This document shows, piece by piece, positions 50,751 through 61,699 of a stretch of 64,000 bases of DNA (position 1 is the first letter of the stretch; every line of letters begins with the position of its first letter). Source of the DNA: Hemiscyllium ocellatum (lineage: Eukaryota); the NCBI RefSeq assembly GCF_020745735.1, contig NC_083404.1:21824001-21888000 (forward strand), written 5' to 3'. Both the position numbers and the translations under genes were made by a program. The notes under the pieces were generated by a model. The model was not told where the DNA came from, searched no databases, and worked only from the letters and a program-made list of their open reading frames with translations.

Positions 50751-50869
50751 GACAAATCTTTGAGCAACTAGACAGACTAACAATGATTAAAGTTCTGACA
50801 AATTGAGTACATTGTCATTCATCATGCATTCCACACAAGACAGTATACAGCTCTCCTGTAATAGATCAT

Positions 50870-52200
50870 TTTGATTTGATTTATTATTGTCACATATACC
50901 AAAACTTTGAGAAAAAGTATTGTTTTACATACTATCTGGGCAAATCATAGCTTACATCAATTTATCAGGGTAATAAAACAGAATGTAGAATAGTGTTCAG
51001 CTACAGAGAGGTGCAATGAAAGATCAACTCTAATACACAGCAAAGAGGGTTACCTCAGATTACAACAGGATCTTGATCAGATGGGCCAATGGGCTGAGAA
51101 GTGGCAGATGCGAGGTGCTGCATTTTGGGAAAGCAAATCTTAGCAGGACTTATACACTTAGGGAGTGTTGCTGATTAAAGAGACCTTGGAGTGCTGGTTA
51201 TTAGATCCTTGAAAGTGGAGTCGCAGGTAGAAAGGAGAGTGAAGAAGGCGTTTGGTATGCTTTCCTTTATTGGTCAGGAGTTGGGAAGTCATGTTGCGGC
51301 TGTACAGGACATTGGTTAGGCCACTGTTGGAATATTGTGTGCAATTCTGGTCTCCTTCCTATCAGAAAGATATTGTGAAACTTGAAAGGGTTCAGAAAAG
51401 ATTTATAAGGATGTTGCCAGGGTTGGAGTATTTCAGCTATAGGGAAAGGCTGAACAGGCTGGGGCTGTTTTCCTTGGAGCAAAGGAGGCTGAGGGGTGAC
51501 CTTATAGAGGTTTACAAAATCATGTGGGGCATGGATAGGTTAAATAGACAAAGTTTTTTTTTCCCTGGAGTGGGGGAGTCCAGAACTAGAGGGCATAAAT
51601 TTAGGGTGAGAGGGGAAAGATATAAAAGAGACCTAAGGGGCAACCTTTTGACTCAGAGGGTGGTATGGGTATGGAATGAGCTGCCAGATGAAGTGGTGGA
51701 GGCGGTACAATTGCAACATTTAAGAGGCATTTGGGTGGATATATGAATAGGAAGGGTTTGGGGGATATGGGCCAGGTGCTGGCAAGTGGGACTAGATTGG
51801 TTTGGGATATCTGGTCGGCATTGACGGGTTGGACCGAAGAGTCTGTTTCCATGCTGTACATTTCTCTGACTCCATGACTCTGAGAGATCCATTCATTAGT
51901 CTGATAGCAGCCAGAAAGAAGCTGTTCTTGAACATGTTGGTATGTGTTTTTAAACTTTTGCATCTTCTGCCTGATGGAAGAAAGTGGAACAGAGTGTAAC
52001 TGGGGTGGGAAGGATGGTTGATTATATTCGTTGTTTCCGTGAGACAGCGAGAAGTATAGAGTGTGCCAGTGGAAGGAAGACTGGTTTGTGTGATGTACAG
52101 GGCTGTGTACACAACTCTCTGAAATTTCCTGTGGTCATGGGCAGAGCAGTTGACATTCCAAGCTGTGATGTATCCAGACAGGATGTTTTCTATGTTGGGC
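50870..52200 (-). mobile_element. Rex1/Babar LINE 3' fragment split by CR1
   Basis: ORF 51792-52223 IENILSGYITAW..CSA.D.RKFQRVV...LPSGRR...KNSFF..AIRLMN; tail ttttgatttgatttattattgtcaca at 50870. Confidence 0.85.
51042..51882 (+). mobile_element. HER1-like CR1 3' fragment with small internal deletions
   Basis: ORF 51252-51746 near-identical to 13266-13921; tail ctctgactccatgactct. Confidence 0.9.
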
Positions 52201-53167
52201 AGAGTTTGCATTACTGAGACCACTCCATGACTTATTTGAAGTAAATGTTCACCCTTATCAACTGGTGAATCTTACATTGTACCTGACAATTCTGCAGAAA
52301 ATAAGTTCATATTTTTAAACGCTTTTCGTCTTTGTTTCATGAGCAATTATCCCTGATCTGAGAGGCATATGTGTTAAGTGCTAATGTAACATTTTGGCAC
52401 GGGGAGATTACTCATGGTACATCTGATGGTGGAGGGATGCATGTAATCAGGTAGGAGAGTGATAGGTAAAGATGCCATGTGGGGTCTATTGGGTTCCTTT
52501 CTTCAAAAGAACTCAGTGCCTGATTGAAGGGGTTGGTATAGAGAAGCATGTCACACTGAGAGCCAGCCCTGCCCTTGCTGCCAACTTCCCCTTGATCCCA
52601 TCTTTTGATCATTTTCTCAGCTATGACCTGGAATCCAGCAAGAATATGAGGCCTCACCCTTGTAGATGTCATGCGTCTCCAATGGCTCTGATTTACCGGC
52701 AGCTGTCAATTGGTATAGTTTCTGCACATGGGGTCATTGATGTCCTACAAGGACTTGTTGGTGTTCATCAAAGTTCCTGAGTTGCACTGAGTTCCCTAAA
52801 AGAGATGAGTGGGTTCTCCAGTTGGCAGGTGAGACCCATATCATCTCCATGAAATATGGCCAATAGAAAGTCAAATTAGTTTAGCATCTGGCTTACATTG
52901 CTTGAAACCAAATTATACTTGTGACATGACCATATTTTTCAGTTCAGCAAGAAATATTAGATCGGTGAGGATTGCAATACTTGCCGCTCATTGCGCTCTC
53001 ATTATCAATGATGGAACATTCCTATCTTAATCTTCCCCTCTGCCTGAATACCTTACTACCATTTTATCTTGGTAGGAGCTTAAGTTAAAATGCATGCAAA
53101 GAAAGGCTTTCAGCTGTTCCACTACAGACTTGAGCCAAAATGAAAGCTGAGAATTAGCAAAACCTTA

Positions 53168-53312
53168 AACAAAAACAGAAGTTGCTGAAAAAGCTCAGCA
53201 GGTCTGGCAGTATCTGTGAAGAGAAATCAAAGATAACATTGAGTCCAGTGACCCTTCCTCAGAAAGCTGTTTTCGTCTTTGATTTACAGCATCAGTAGTT
53301 CGTTTGGTTTTT
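53168..53312. mobile_element. Mini Penelope pLTR (family C), inverted pair
   Basis: Minus arm ending at gacccttcctcagaa (hammerhead 5' edge), then plus 3' stub; 16-bp TSD aattagcaa(a/g)acctta at 53152-53167 and 53313-53328. Confidence 0.85.
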
Positions 53313-53354
53313 AATTAGCAAGACCTTACTCTGTCATCCTTTGTTCCAACTTCC

Positions 53355-53865
53355 TACTTAACAATTATTTAACTGAAATGAAACATCAATTCTCTTTGCA
53401 TTGTTGATGGTGATTAGATGGCCAGGGCTCCTGATGGAAAGTGGAGGAGTAGATCTTTCCTGAGGTCATTAAGAAAATGTGTTCTGCATGGACAATCAGG
53501 AAGAAAAGATCTCTCAAAGGTCCTGCTGATGTTAAATTACAGCATTACCTTTGGAGATATGGTTGCACCTATGTCTTTATCTGCACATTTTAATGTGCAA
53601 TCATAGCGGATCAGCAATGACTCTGCAATTATATTCATTTATCAATTTAATAGCATTCTCATAAGATAATAATGGGGAATGTTTTGAGTAGGTGTGAGGC
53701 ATAAAAAATAGGGGCAAGAATGATTGTCCATGTAAAGTGCATTCTCCTAATGATCTCATGAAAGATTTACCCTTCCACCTTCTATTAAGAAGACCTAGCC
53801 ATCTGGTCAGCATCAATGATGGCAAGAGAATTGATGTTTCAATTCAGTCAAATACTTGTTGGGTA
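53355..53865. repeat. Long imperfect inverted repeat (foldback), arms about 140 bp, spacer about 220 bp
   Basis: 53360-53498 is the reverse complement of 53721-53860 at roughly 75-80% identity by eye; also visible as similar peptides in ORFs 53418+ and 53825-. Confidence 0.85.
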
Positions 53866-54069
53866 TTTCGTAGAGAAATTGGATCAACCTCTGTTTTTGC
53901 ACATCTCCGAGTCAAAAGAAATGCATAATGTCTGCTAGTATTTAAATTATTTTATGTTACAGCTTTTTGTTTGTAATTGAGCAGAAATGTTATTCTAAAT
54001 GTGATTGGGGTAGTGGTGATGTTGGGGTACAAGAGTATTCTCAGAAACTGAATAGGTTCAAAAGACTTT

Positions 54070-54517
54070 TGAGATTTACCAGGATGTTGCCTGATATGGA
54101 GGGGAGGTCTTATGAGGACAGGCTGTGGGACTTGAGGCTGTTTTCGTTGGAGAGGTTAAGAGGTTACTTAATAGAGACATGCAAGATGATCAGAGAATTA
54201 GACAGCGTGGACAGTGGGAACTGTTTTCTTCGGATAGTGATAGCTAGCATGAGGAGACAAAGCTTTAAACTGAGAGGTGAGATATATAAAAGACAGATGT
54301 CAGAGGTGGGTTCTTTACTCAGAGTAGTAAGGGTGTGGAATGTCCTGCCTGCAACAGTAATGGATTCATCAATATTAAGGGTATTTAAACGGGCCATTGG
54401 ATAAACATGGATGATAATGGCATAGTATAGGTTAGATGGGCTTCAGATTGGTTTCACAGGCCAGTGCAACATTGAGGGGTAAAGGGCCTGTACTGTGCTA
54501 TAATTTTCTATGTTCTA
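54070..54517 (+). mobile_element. CR1 3' fragment (subfamily of 24548-28070)
   Basis: RFTRMLPDMEGRSYEDRL..LRLFSLE; tail ttctatgttcta. Confidence 0.9.
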
Positions 54518-54743
54518 GGACCTTTGATAATTTTACTGTTTCAAAGTTGCTACGCAGAGGCAAATGATATTATTGGAGTGATCAAGTTTGACATGATGAG
54601 TGTTTCATTGTTTGATAGAAAATGATAACATTCTCATAAGATAGTGATGGAGAATGTTTTGAATAAGTGTGAGGCATAAATGATAGGGGCAAGAGTGGTT
54701 TCCACAGCCATTGATAATTCTTTAAATATTTGCTGTTCCAGGT

Positions 54744-55268
54744 AACCCAATCACCCCGTGGCTCAACACTTTAACTCCCCCTCCCACTCCACCGAGGACA
54801 TGCAGGTCCTTGGACTCCTCCACCGGCAGAACACAACTACACGACGGCTGGAGGAGGAGCGCCTCATCTTCCGCCTGGGAACCCTCCAACCACAAGGTAT
54901 GAATTCAGATTTCTCCAGCTTCCTCATTTCCCCTCCCCCCACCTTGTCTCAGTCGGTTCCCTCAACTCAGCACCGCCCTCCTAACCTGCAATCCTCTTCC
55001 TGACCTCTCCGCCCCCACCCCACTCCGGCCTATCACCCTCACCTTGACCTCCTTCCACCTATCCCACCTCCATCGCCCCTCCCCCAAGTCCCTCCTCCCT
55101 ACCTTTTATCTCAGCCGGCTTGGCTCTCTCTCTCTTATTCCTGATGAAGGGCTTATGCTCGAAACGTCGAATTCTCTATTCCTGAGATGCTGCCTAACCT
55201 GCTGTGCTTTGACCAGCAACACATTTGCAGCTGTGATCTCCAGCATCTGCAGACCTCATTTTTTACTC
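54744..55268 (+). mobile_element. Young Penelope 3' fragment with pLTR
   Basis: 525 bp collinear with 12206-12730; I count 3 substitutions and no indels; no TSD seen. Confidence 0.95.
55137..55172 (+). ncRNA. Minimal type I hammerhead ribozyme, intact core
   Basis: Identical to 12599-12634; predicted cleavage after 55168. Confidence 0.85.
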
Positions 55269-56381
55269 AATAGATGGAGCTCTCAAGTGTCATTTAGTAT
55301 TTCATGGACAAGGTGGAACATTTTCCTGCTCAATATTAACAGGATTGACGTAATCCTATTCAGTCCTCACCTAAGATTATCATGATTTAAGACCACAACC
55401 CATCCTTGCCCCAGTGATCAAGTAGCCTGAACTAAACAATGCACACATTAGTTTCATAGTTTGCTCTGAGCTCAAGAAATCTGACAAGAGGTAGGGCTTA
55501 TAAGCAATTAAGCTTTAAATTGCAAACATTAATCTTAGTTTATTTGGTGATAGGAGACATCTTGTATCACTGAAGGTGAAGACTACTTGCTGAGATCATT
55601 TCTCCCCATCCAATTCCTTCCTCTGCAAACAGCTTATTCCTCTGTTTGCATTATCTTTCTCATGTCTAAGAGGTGGTCTCAAATAGAATAGCTACTAAAA
55701 CATTTAACTAACCTCACTGCTGAGCTCTGAAACTTCGAATTCCTAGATGCAACTCTTATTCCTGATCATTTTGAATCGGTTTTCATTAAGCTTGTACTTT
55801 TTCTAACTTGCTTTGTGCTAACGTTGCCATTGAATTAATAGCCTAAATCTGCTAAATGGTTGCCAGAAGCCTTAAACCTGTTTCCCAGTCTAGATTTCTA
55901 GCTTCCCTTTTACTAAGGATGCATTCTATTGTTGGTGTTGTTAATTGGCCTCTTTTCATGGATTCTTGGTACAGAATTATTTCATTGGCTATTAACAAGC
56001 TCTTCCTTCTCTCACTGCTTGCTTTTTTTTCACTATTTCTATTCTCTATTACTGACTGTAAGGGATGTTTATTTGCTTATCGTTGATTTGATGGGTTCTC
56101 TGCAGGAGTTTTCTGTTCATTGATTAATGAAAAAACTCAGTGGCCGAGCTTCCCTCACAAACATCTGCACCCTCAGCATAGATAGAACCCACTACATCAG
56201 TGCAAAAGGTAAGGCTGAAGCATTCACAGCAATCTTTAGTCAGAAGAGCCAAGTGGATAATCAAATTAGACACTTCCAGTGGTCCCCAGTGTTTTCGATA
56301 TTAGCCTTCAACCAATTTGATTCATTCCATGGCATGTCAAGCATCCTTGATAGTGGAGGCCATGAGTACTGGAAACATTCC

Positions 56382-56495
56382 TGATGAAGGGCTTATGCCC
56401 GAAACATTGATTCTCCTGCTCCTCAGATGCTGCCTGACCTGCTGTGCCTTTCCAGCGCCACACTCTCGACTCTGATCTGCAGTCCTCACTTTCTC
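56382..56495 (+). mobile_element. Mini Penelope pLTR (family A)
   Basis: 13-bp TSD ctggaaacattcc at 56369-56381 and 56496-56508, overlapping the element start cattcc; CTGATGA and GAAA intact, helix III decayed. Confidence 0.9.
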
Positions 56496-56659
56496 CTGGA
56501 AACATTCCAGCAGTAGTAGCTGCACTCCTAGCCAAGCTGTTCCAGTACAGTTCCAATACTGGCATCCACCTGGCAATGTGGAAAATTGCCCAAGTGTATC
56601 ATGTCCACAAAAAGCAGGACAAATCCCAAACGGTTAATTACCATTCAATCAGTTTACAT

Positions 56660-57070
56660 TCTTGTAAATTTCTTTTGAACTCTTTCCAGTTTAATAACAT
56701 CCTTCCCATAACAAGGTGACTAAAACTGAACACAATACTCCAAGTGCAGCTTCACCAATGTCCTGTACAATTGCAACATAACTTCCCAACTTCTATACTC
56801 AATGCCCTGACTGAGCTAAAAGCCTTCTTCCCTGCCCTGTCTACCTGTGACTCCACTTTCAGAGAACTCTGAACCTGAACTTCAAGATCCCTCTGCTCCA
56901 CTGAACTCTTTACCATTCACCATGAAACTCTTTCCTTGATTTGACTTTCCAAAATGCAACATCTCACACTGATCTATATTAAACTCAATTTGCAATTGAT
57001 TGACCCACTTACCCAGCTCAACAAGTTCCTGTTGCAATTTCTGATCACCTTCCTCACTGTCCTCACTGCC
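56660..57070 (-). mobile_element. CR1 RT fragment nested in the family-2 LINE
   Basis: Reverse of L.LYRTLV.LHLEYCVQF and CEMLHFGKS. Confidence 0.8.
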
Positions 57071-57776
57071 TTTGACACCAACACTCTATTTAACTGGGCA
57101 CAGCATCAATGAGCCATAGTAAAACTGGAGTCAATGGGAATCAGGAGAGCACCCTTCCACTGGTTGGAGTTATATCTGGCACACAGGAAGACTGGTGTGT
57201 TTGTTGAAGGTCAGTCATCTCAGCTTCAGGACATCAGGAGTTCCTCAGGGTTGTAGTCTAATCCCATCTATTTTGATTTGCTTCATCAACGACCTTCCCT
57301 CTATCACAAACTCAGGGTACCATACGGTGACTTGAATCTTTTGCTGGAGTTATAACGCACATGTGGCATGTAAAGTATCAATACATATATGAACGTGCAA
57401 TGAAGAGTCACCATGCCACACATATAGCCTCAAACATTTTCTTATTGATGTCCCTCCTATGCTTGATTATTCCTGAGGGCTGCTCATGATTGGCAGTGAT
57501 TGACTTGTGGCCCAGCTATGTTTTAAATATAGTACTAGCAGTAGAAATCCTTGAAGGGCCCAGCAGTAATAGGTACTTCTGTTGTTGGTGAGTGCAGAAG
57601 AGAACCAGCTCAGAACCATAGAGGCCTGGAGCATATAAAATGAAGTGAGCCATGGAATTTGTGTGAGTTATCTCACCAAAGCTTACAGAGAGAAACCCTC
57701 CATGAAATCCCTCAAAATTGACACAATTGATTTTTTGATAAAATTTCACTGTTTTCCAGAACCAGAAGTAATGAAG

Positions 57777-58883
57777 AAAGTGTGTTGCTGGAAAAGCACA
57801 GTAGGTCAGGCAGCATCCAAGGAGCAGAAGAATCAATGTTTCGGGCAAAAGCCCTTCATCAGGAATGAGGTTTGTGGGTCTGGGCTGAGAGATAAATGAG
57901 TGGGGGGATAGGGTTGGGGGAAGGTAGCTGGGAAAGTGGTAGGTGGATGATTGTGAGGGAGAAAGTGATAGGTCAGGGGAGCAGTGATGGACAGGTCTGG
58001 AGGGCGGTGCTGAGTTGGAGGCTTATGACTGGGATAATGTGAGGGGAGGGGAATTGAGGAAACTGTTGAAATCCACATTTATCCCATGTGGTTGCAGGGT
58101 CCCAAGGTGGAATATGAGGTGTTCCTCCAGGCATCAGGTGGGAATGGTTTGACGGTGGAGGAGGCCCAGGACCTGCATGTCCTTGATGGAGTGAGAGGGG
58201 GATTTTAAGTGTTCAGCCACGGGGGAGGGGTGGGGGTTGGAGTTGGTGAGTGGGTGTGTCCCAGAGATGTCCTTCGAAATGATCTGGAAGAAAATGTCCT
58301 ATCTCCACGATGTAGAGGAGACCACACTGGGTGAAATGAATGCAGTCGATGACATTGGTAGACATTGCAGATCATTTCAAAGAACATCTCTGGGACACCC
58401 AAACTCACCAACCCCATCACCCCATGACTGAACACTTAAACTCCCCCTCCCATTCCATCAAGGACATGCAAATCCTGGGTCTCCTCCTTCACCAAACCAT
58501 TACCACCCAACGCTGGGAGGAGGAACGCCTCCTTGGGACCCTGCAAGTATTTGGGATTAATGTGGATTTCAACAGCTTCCTCATTTCCCCTCCCCCAACA
58601 TTATCCCAGTTCCAAGTCTCCAACTCAGCACCGCCCTCCAAATCCCCTGTCCACCACTGTCCCCTCTGACCTATCACCTTCTCCCCCAACTTTCATCCAC
58701 CTATCATTTTCTCAGCTACCCCCACCAGTCCCACTCCCCTCCCATTTATCTCTCAGCCCCAACTGACAAGCCTCATTCCTGATGAAGGGCTTATGCTCCT
58801 CAGATGCTGCCTGGCCCGCTGTGCTTTTCCAGCATCCCACTCTAGACTCTGATTGCCAGCATCTGCAGTCCTCACTTTGTCCT
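57777..58883. mobile_element. Head-to-head pair of Penelope GIY-YIG/pLTR fragments in one insertion
   Basis: Minus arm about 57777-58340, plus arm about 58357-58883 (ADHFKEHLWD..HLNSPSHS); 13-bp TSD agaag(t/c)aatgaag at 57764-57776 and 58884-58896. Confidence 0.85.
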
Positions 58884-59194
58884 AGAAGCAATGAAGTCAA
58901 TCAAGTCAGTTTCAATGGACTAAATGAACTATTCATGCTCTTATGAATAGTTTTGAAAGGTGTTATTTTAATTGGTCACATTTATAATTCTGATCATTCC
59001 AGGAAAAAATACAATTACAAAAACAACACTTGATCTCACCATAAACATAATGGGAAAACTTGATTTAATGCTAACTGTGTCCAAAGTAAAGATAACACAA
59101 ATCGATTGATCTAATCACACGAGCCAACAGCAGAACTGTGTCCATAAAACATTACTTGAATAACTGGGAAAGAGGCATGGTGATATTTACTTCA

Positions 59195-59400
59195 ATGGTT
59201 AAATCTGGAATTGAAGTTAGTGTCATGAAACCATCACCAATGATCATAAAGACTTATCTGATTCAATAATGCCCTATAGGGAAGGATGTCTGCTACCTTT
59301 ACCTGAACTGACTGCATGTGTCTCATTGTGTCCAGTAATGCAGTTGAACCTTAACTGCCTCTGAAATGGCCTTTCAATACAAAGGCAATCGGGTTAGCAG
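59195..59400 (+). mobile_element. Decayed body of the second SINE family
   Basis: tagggaagga..tctgc..ccttacctg...cttaactgcc.tctgaaatggcc matches the reverse complement of 32930-33050. Confidence 0.6.
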
Positions 59401-60174
59401 CACGTGGGGGCAACACTGTACTGAAAAGAAATTTTAAAAAGGCAATCAGGAAAGAACAACAATTACTGTCCTTGCTAATGATTCCTGTAAAGAAACTAAT
59501 AATATGGCAGCAGGGTATGTGAATTGTTTAAAGATGACAGAGTAGATTAGGACGATCTTTTTTAGGCTGACTGTAAGTAAATAGTGATATTATCATCTCT
59601 AACGGATTTGGATATAGGTCATCGGCATAATGTCAATAATAAAAAAACATACAGTTCACATTTCCTAAAATATCAAAGGAGGAAATGGACATTTTATTAT
59701 TGGAGGTTGTACAGATGTCGAGTGAAATATACTGTAATGAAATGTGAGATTCTGTCAGCACAGTGGCCTGTGGCATGTGGGCAACCATGGACGCACCTGT
59801 GTCCTGTACAAACCCAGATCTGCAGCAAGTGTTACCAGATACCAAAGCATCAGCTCTGAGTTCTTCAGCAATACAAATAACTACTTCAATTCCTGATTGA
59901 GAGAGGTGGTCACATGGAGTTTTGGAACATAAAGGTAGCATGGAATTGGGGGATTACCAACCAGTCTAAGAAGTCCAGGTGTGTCATACAAGACTCCGCT
60001 GAGATGATCTTACTGGTTAGTGACTCTTTCCCATAAGCAAGGCGGGTCTGCCACCCTTGTCTCCAGACTTTGGGAAAATAAAACCCTAAAAGATTTGATA
60101 GAAAACAGGTTAAGGTTAATATTAAAACACTTATTAAATTGCCTGCAAAAAATTGAAAAATGTTGCGCAGTTTT

Positions 60175-60670
60175 GAGCCCCATATCTCTGAAAGGATGTA
60201 TATGCCATGCAGCATGTTCAGAGGAGGTTCACGAGAATGGTCCTAGGAATTAAAAACTTAATGTATGAGGACTCTGAGTTTATACTCGATGGAAATTAGA
60301 AGGATGAAGGGGATTCTAATTGAAACATACAGAATACTGAATGGCCTGGACAGAGTAGATTTTGGGAAGATGTTTCCATTGGTAGGAGAGAGTAGGACCA
60401 GAGGGTATAGCCTTGGAGTAAAGGGAAGACTGTTTAGAATGGAGGCACTTCTTCAGCCAGAGAATGGTGAATCTATGGAATTCATTGCTACAGAAGGCTG
60501 TGGAGGCCAGGTCATTGAATATATTTAAGACTGAGATAAATAGGTCCTTGAGTATCAAAGGATTTCTGGGAGAAAGCAGGAGAATGGGCTTGAGAAACAT
60601 GTCAGCCATGACTGAATTATGGAGCAGACTTGATCGCCTGAATGGCCTAATTCCTGCTCCCATGTCTTAT
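60175..60670 (+). mobile_element. CR1 3' fragment
   Basis: ORFs 60265 (LYSMEIRRMKGILIETYRILNGLDRVD) and 60464 (VNLWNSL). Confidence 0.85.
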
Positions 60671-61699
60671 CATCCTATAAATGTACACATCACTTCCTGA
60701 TAGAAAATAAGCTTATGTGACCATTTATGACATTTTTATTTTTTTAAAAACTCAGTGAAAAATAATCATTGCATTAAAATTCCTTCAGCTTATCTCCCAT
60801 GAAAACAAGCAGTTTATTCTAAGTACTATGCCAACTTCGATGGTTTGACAGCTATTTGACATGTTCGAAGTTCCAATGAGTTTATGTACATTGGAGAGAC
60901 ATTCTTGCCCATGTTAACCTTGCCAAAGGCTGTTATATACTTGCCTGGCCGCCTGACTCTCCTAACAGCAGCTGAAATGCCTTCCTGAGCTGCAAGGTAT
61001 TCTGGGGCTCCATCCACAAGGGAAACTAAACTCTGAGAATTGACAGCTGGTTATCCAAACTAAATGAATTGAAGTCGTCCCTGCTCTGCCTGGGGCTGCT
61101 CTAAGCATTTTGGATCACTGATAACACAGGCACCAACGTGGAATTGAAATTGAGATATCTAAACACCTAAATGGTCAGCATTCTCTGTATGCATAAAAAT
61201 CCCTAAATTCCCTGTAAAATTCAGAAATGATCCATTCAGAGGCAGAATTGTTGATTTCCAATTTTTTTCACCATGATAGACCAGGTATCTGTTTTTGCAA
61301 CACCTTTCCTTTTTGAAACTAATTCAACCCCTGGGCTTGACCATAGGAATGTCCCAAATTAAAGGTAAAGATGATTCCAACAATGGCCTGGTAGTAAGGA
61401 AGTGAATAACATGGAGGTGAGGAAAATTAATCCATCAAACTGTTGCATTTTCTATGCAGCCCTGAAATGTATCAGTAATTGGGGTGCTCATTAGACAAAG
61501 AAAGGGAAGGAAATGAAAATAAACACTGGAGCAAAACAGGATGAGAGTTGAATAACTCTGAAGAAAAACTCTAAAATGCTTATTGGCATAAAAACAAGGA
61601 CAAATGCAGAGTCAGAAGCAATTGTCAAGTGAATGTGGCATCAAATGTGTGAATTACTGTGCGCTAGGAATGATTGGGACCAAATGGCTTCATGGTTAT

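Larger units (their letters stand above)
56125..57320 (+). mobile_element. Family-2 CR1-like LINE ORF2 remnant with nested pLTR and CR1
   Basis: SAKGKAEAF..IFSQK, WKIAQV..VHKKQDKS..NYH.ISL, GVPQG....P..F..FINDLP. Confidence 0.75.

Noticed and set aside
52400-52760. Possible Harbinger transposase remnant; 40760-41600 also looks like an unclassified repeat
   Set aside because: Only scattered motif resemblance (GVID, HVTLRA) in non-collinear order.
6716-58883. Recurring short repeat as a CRISPR-like or satellite array
   Set aside because: Dispersed, in both orientations, with individual TSDs and identity to Penelope 3' ends; no regular spacers or cas genes.
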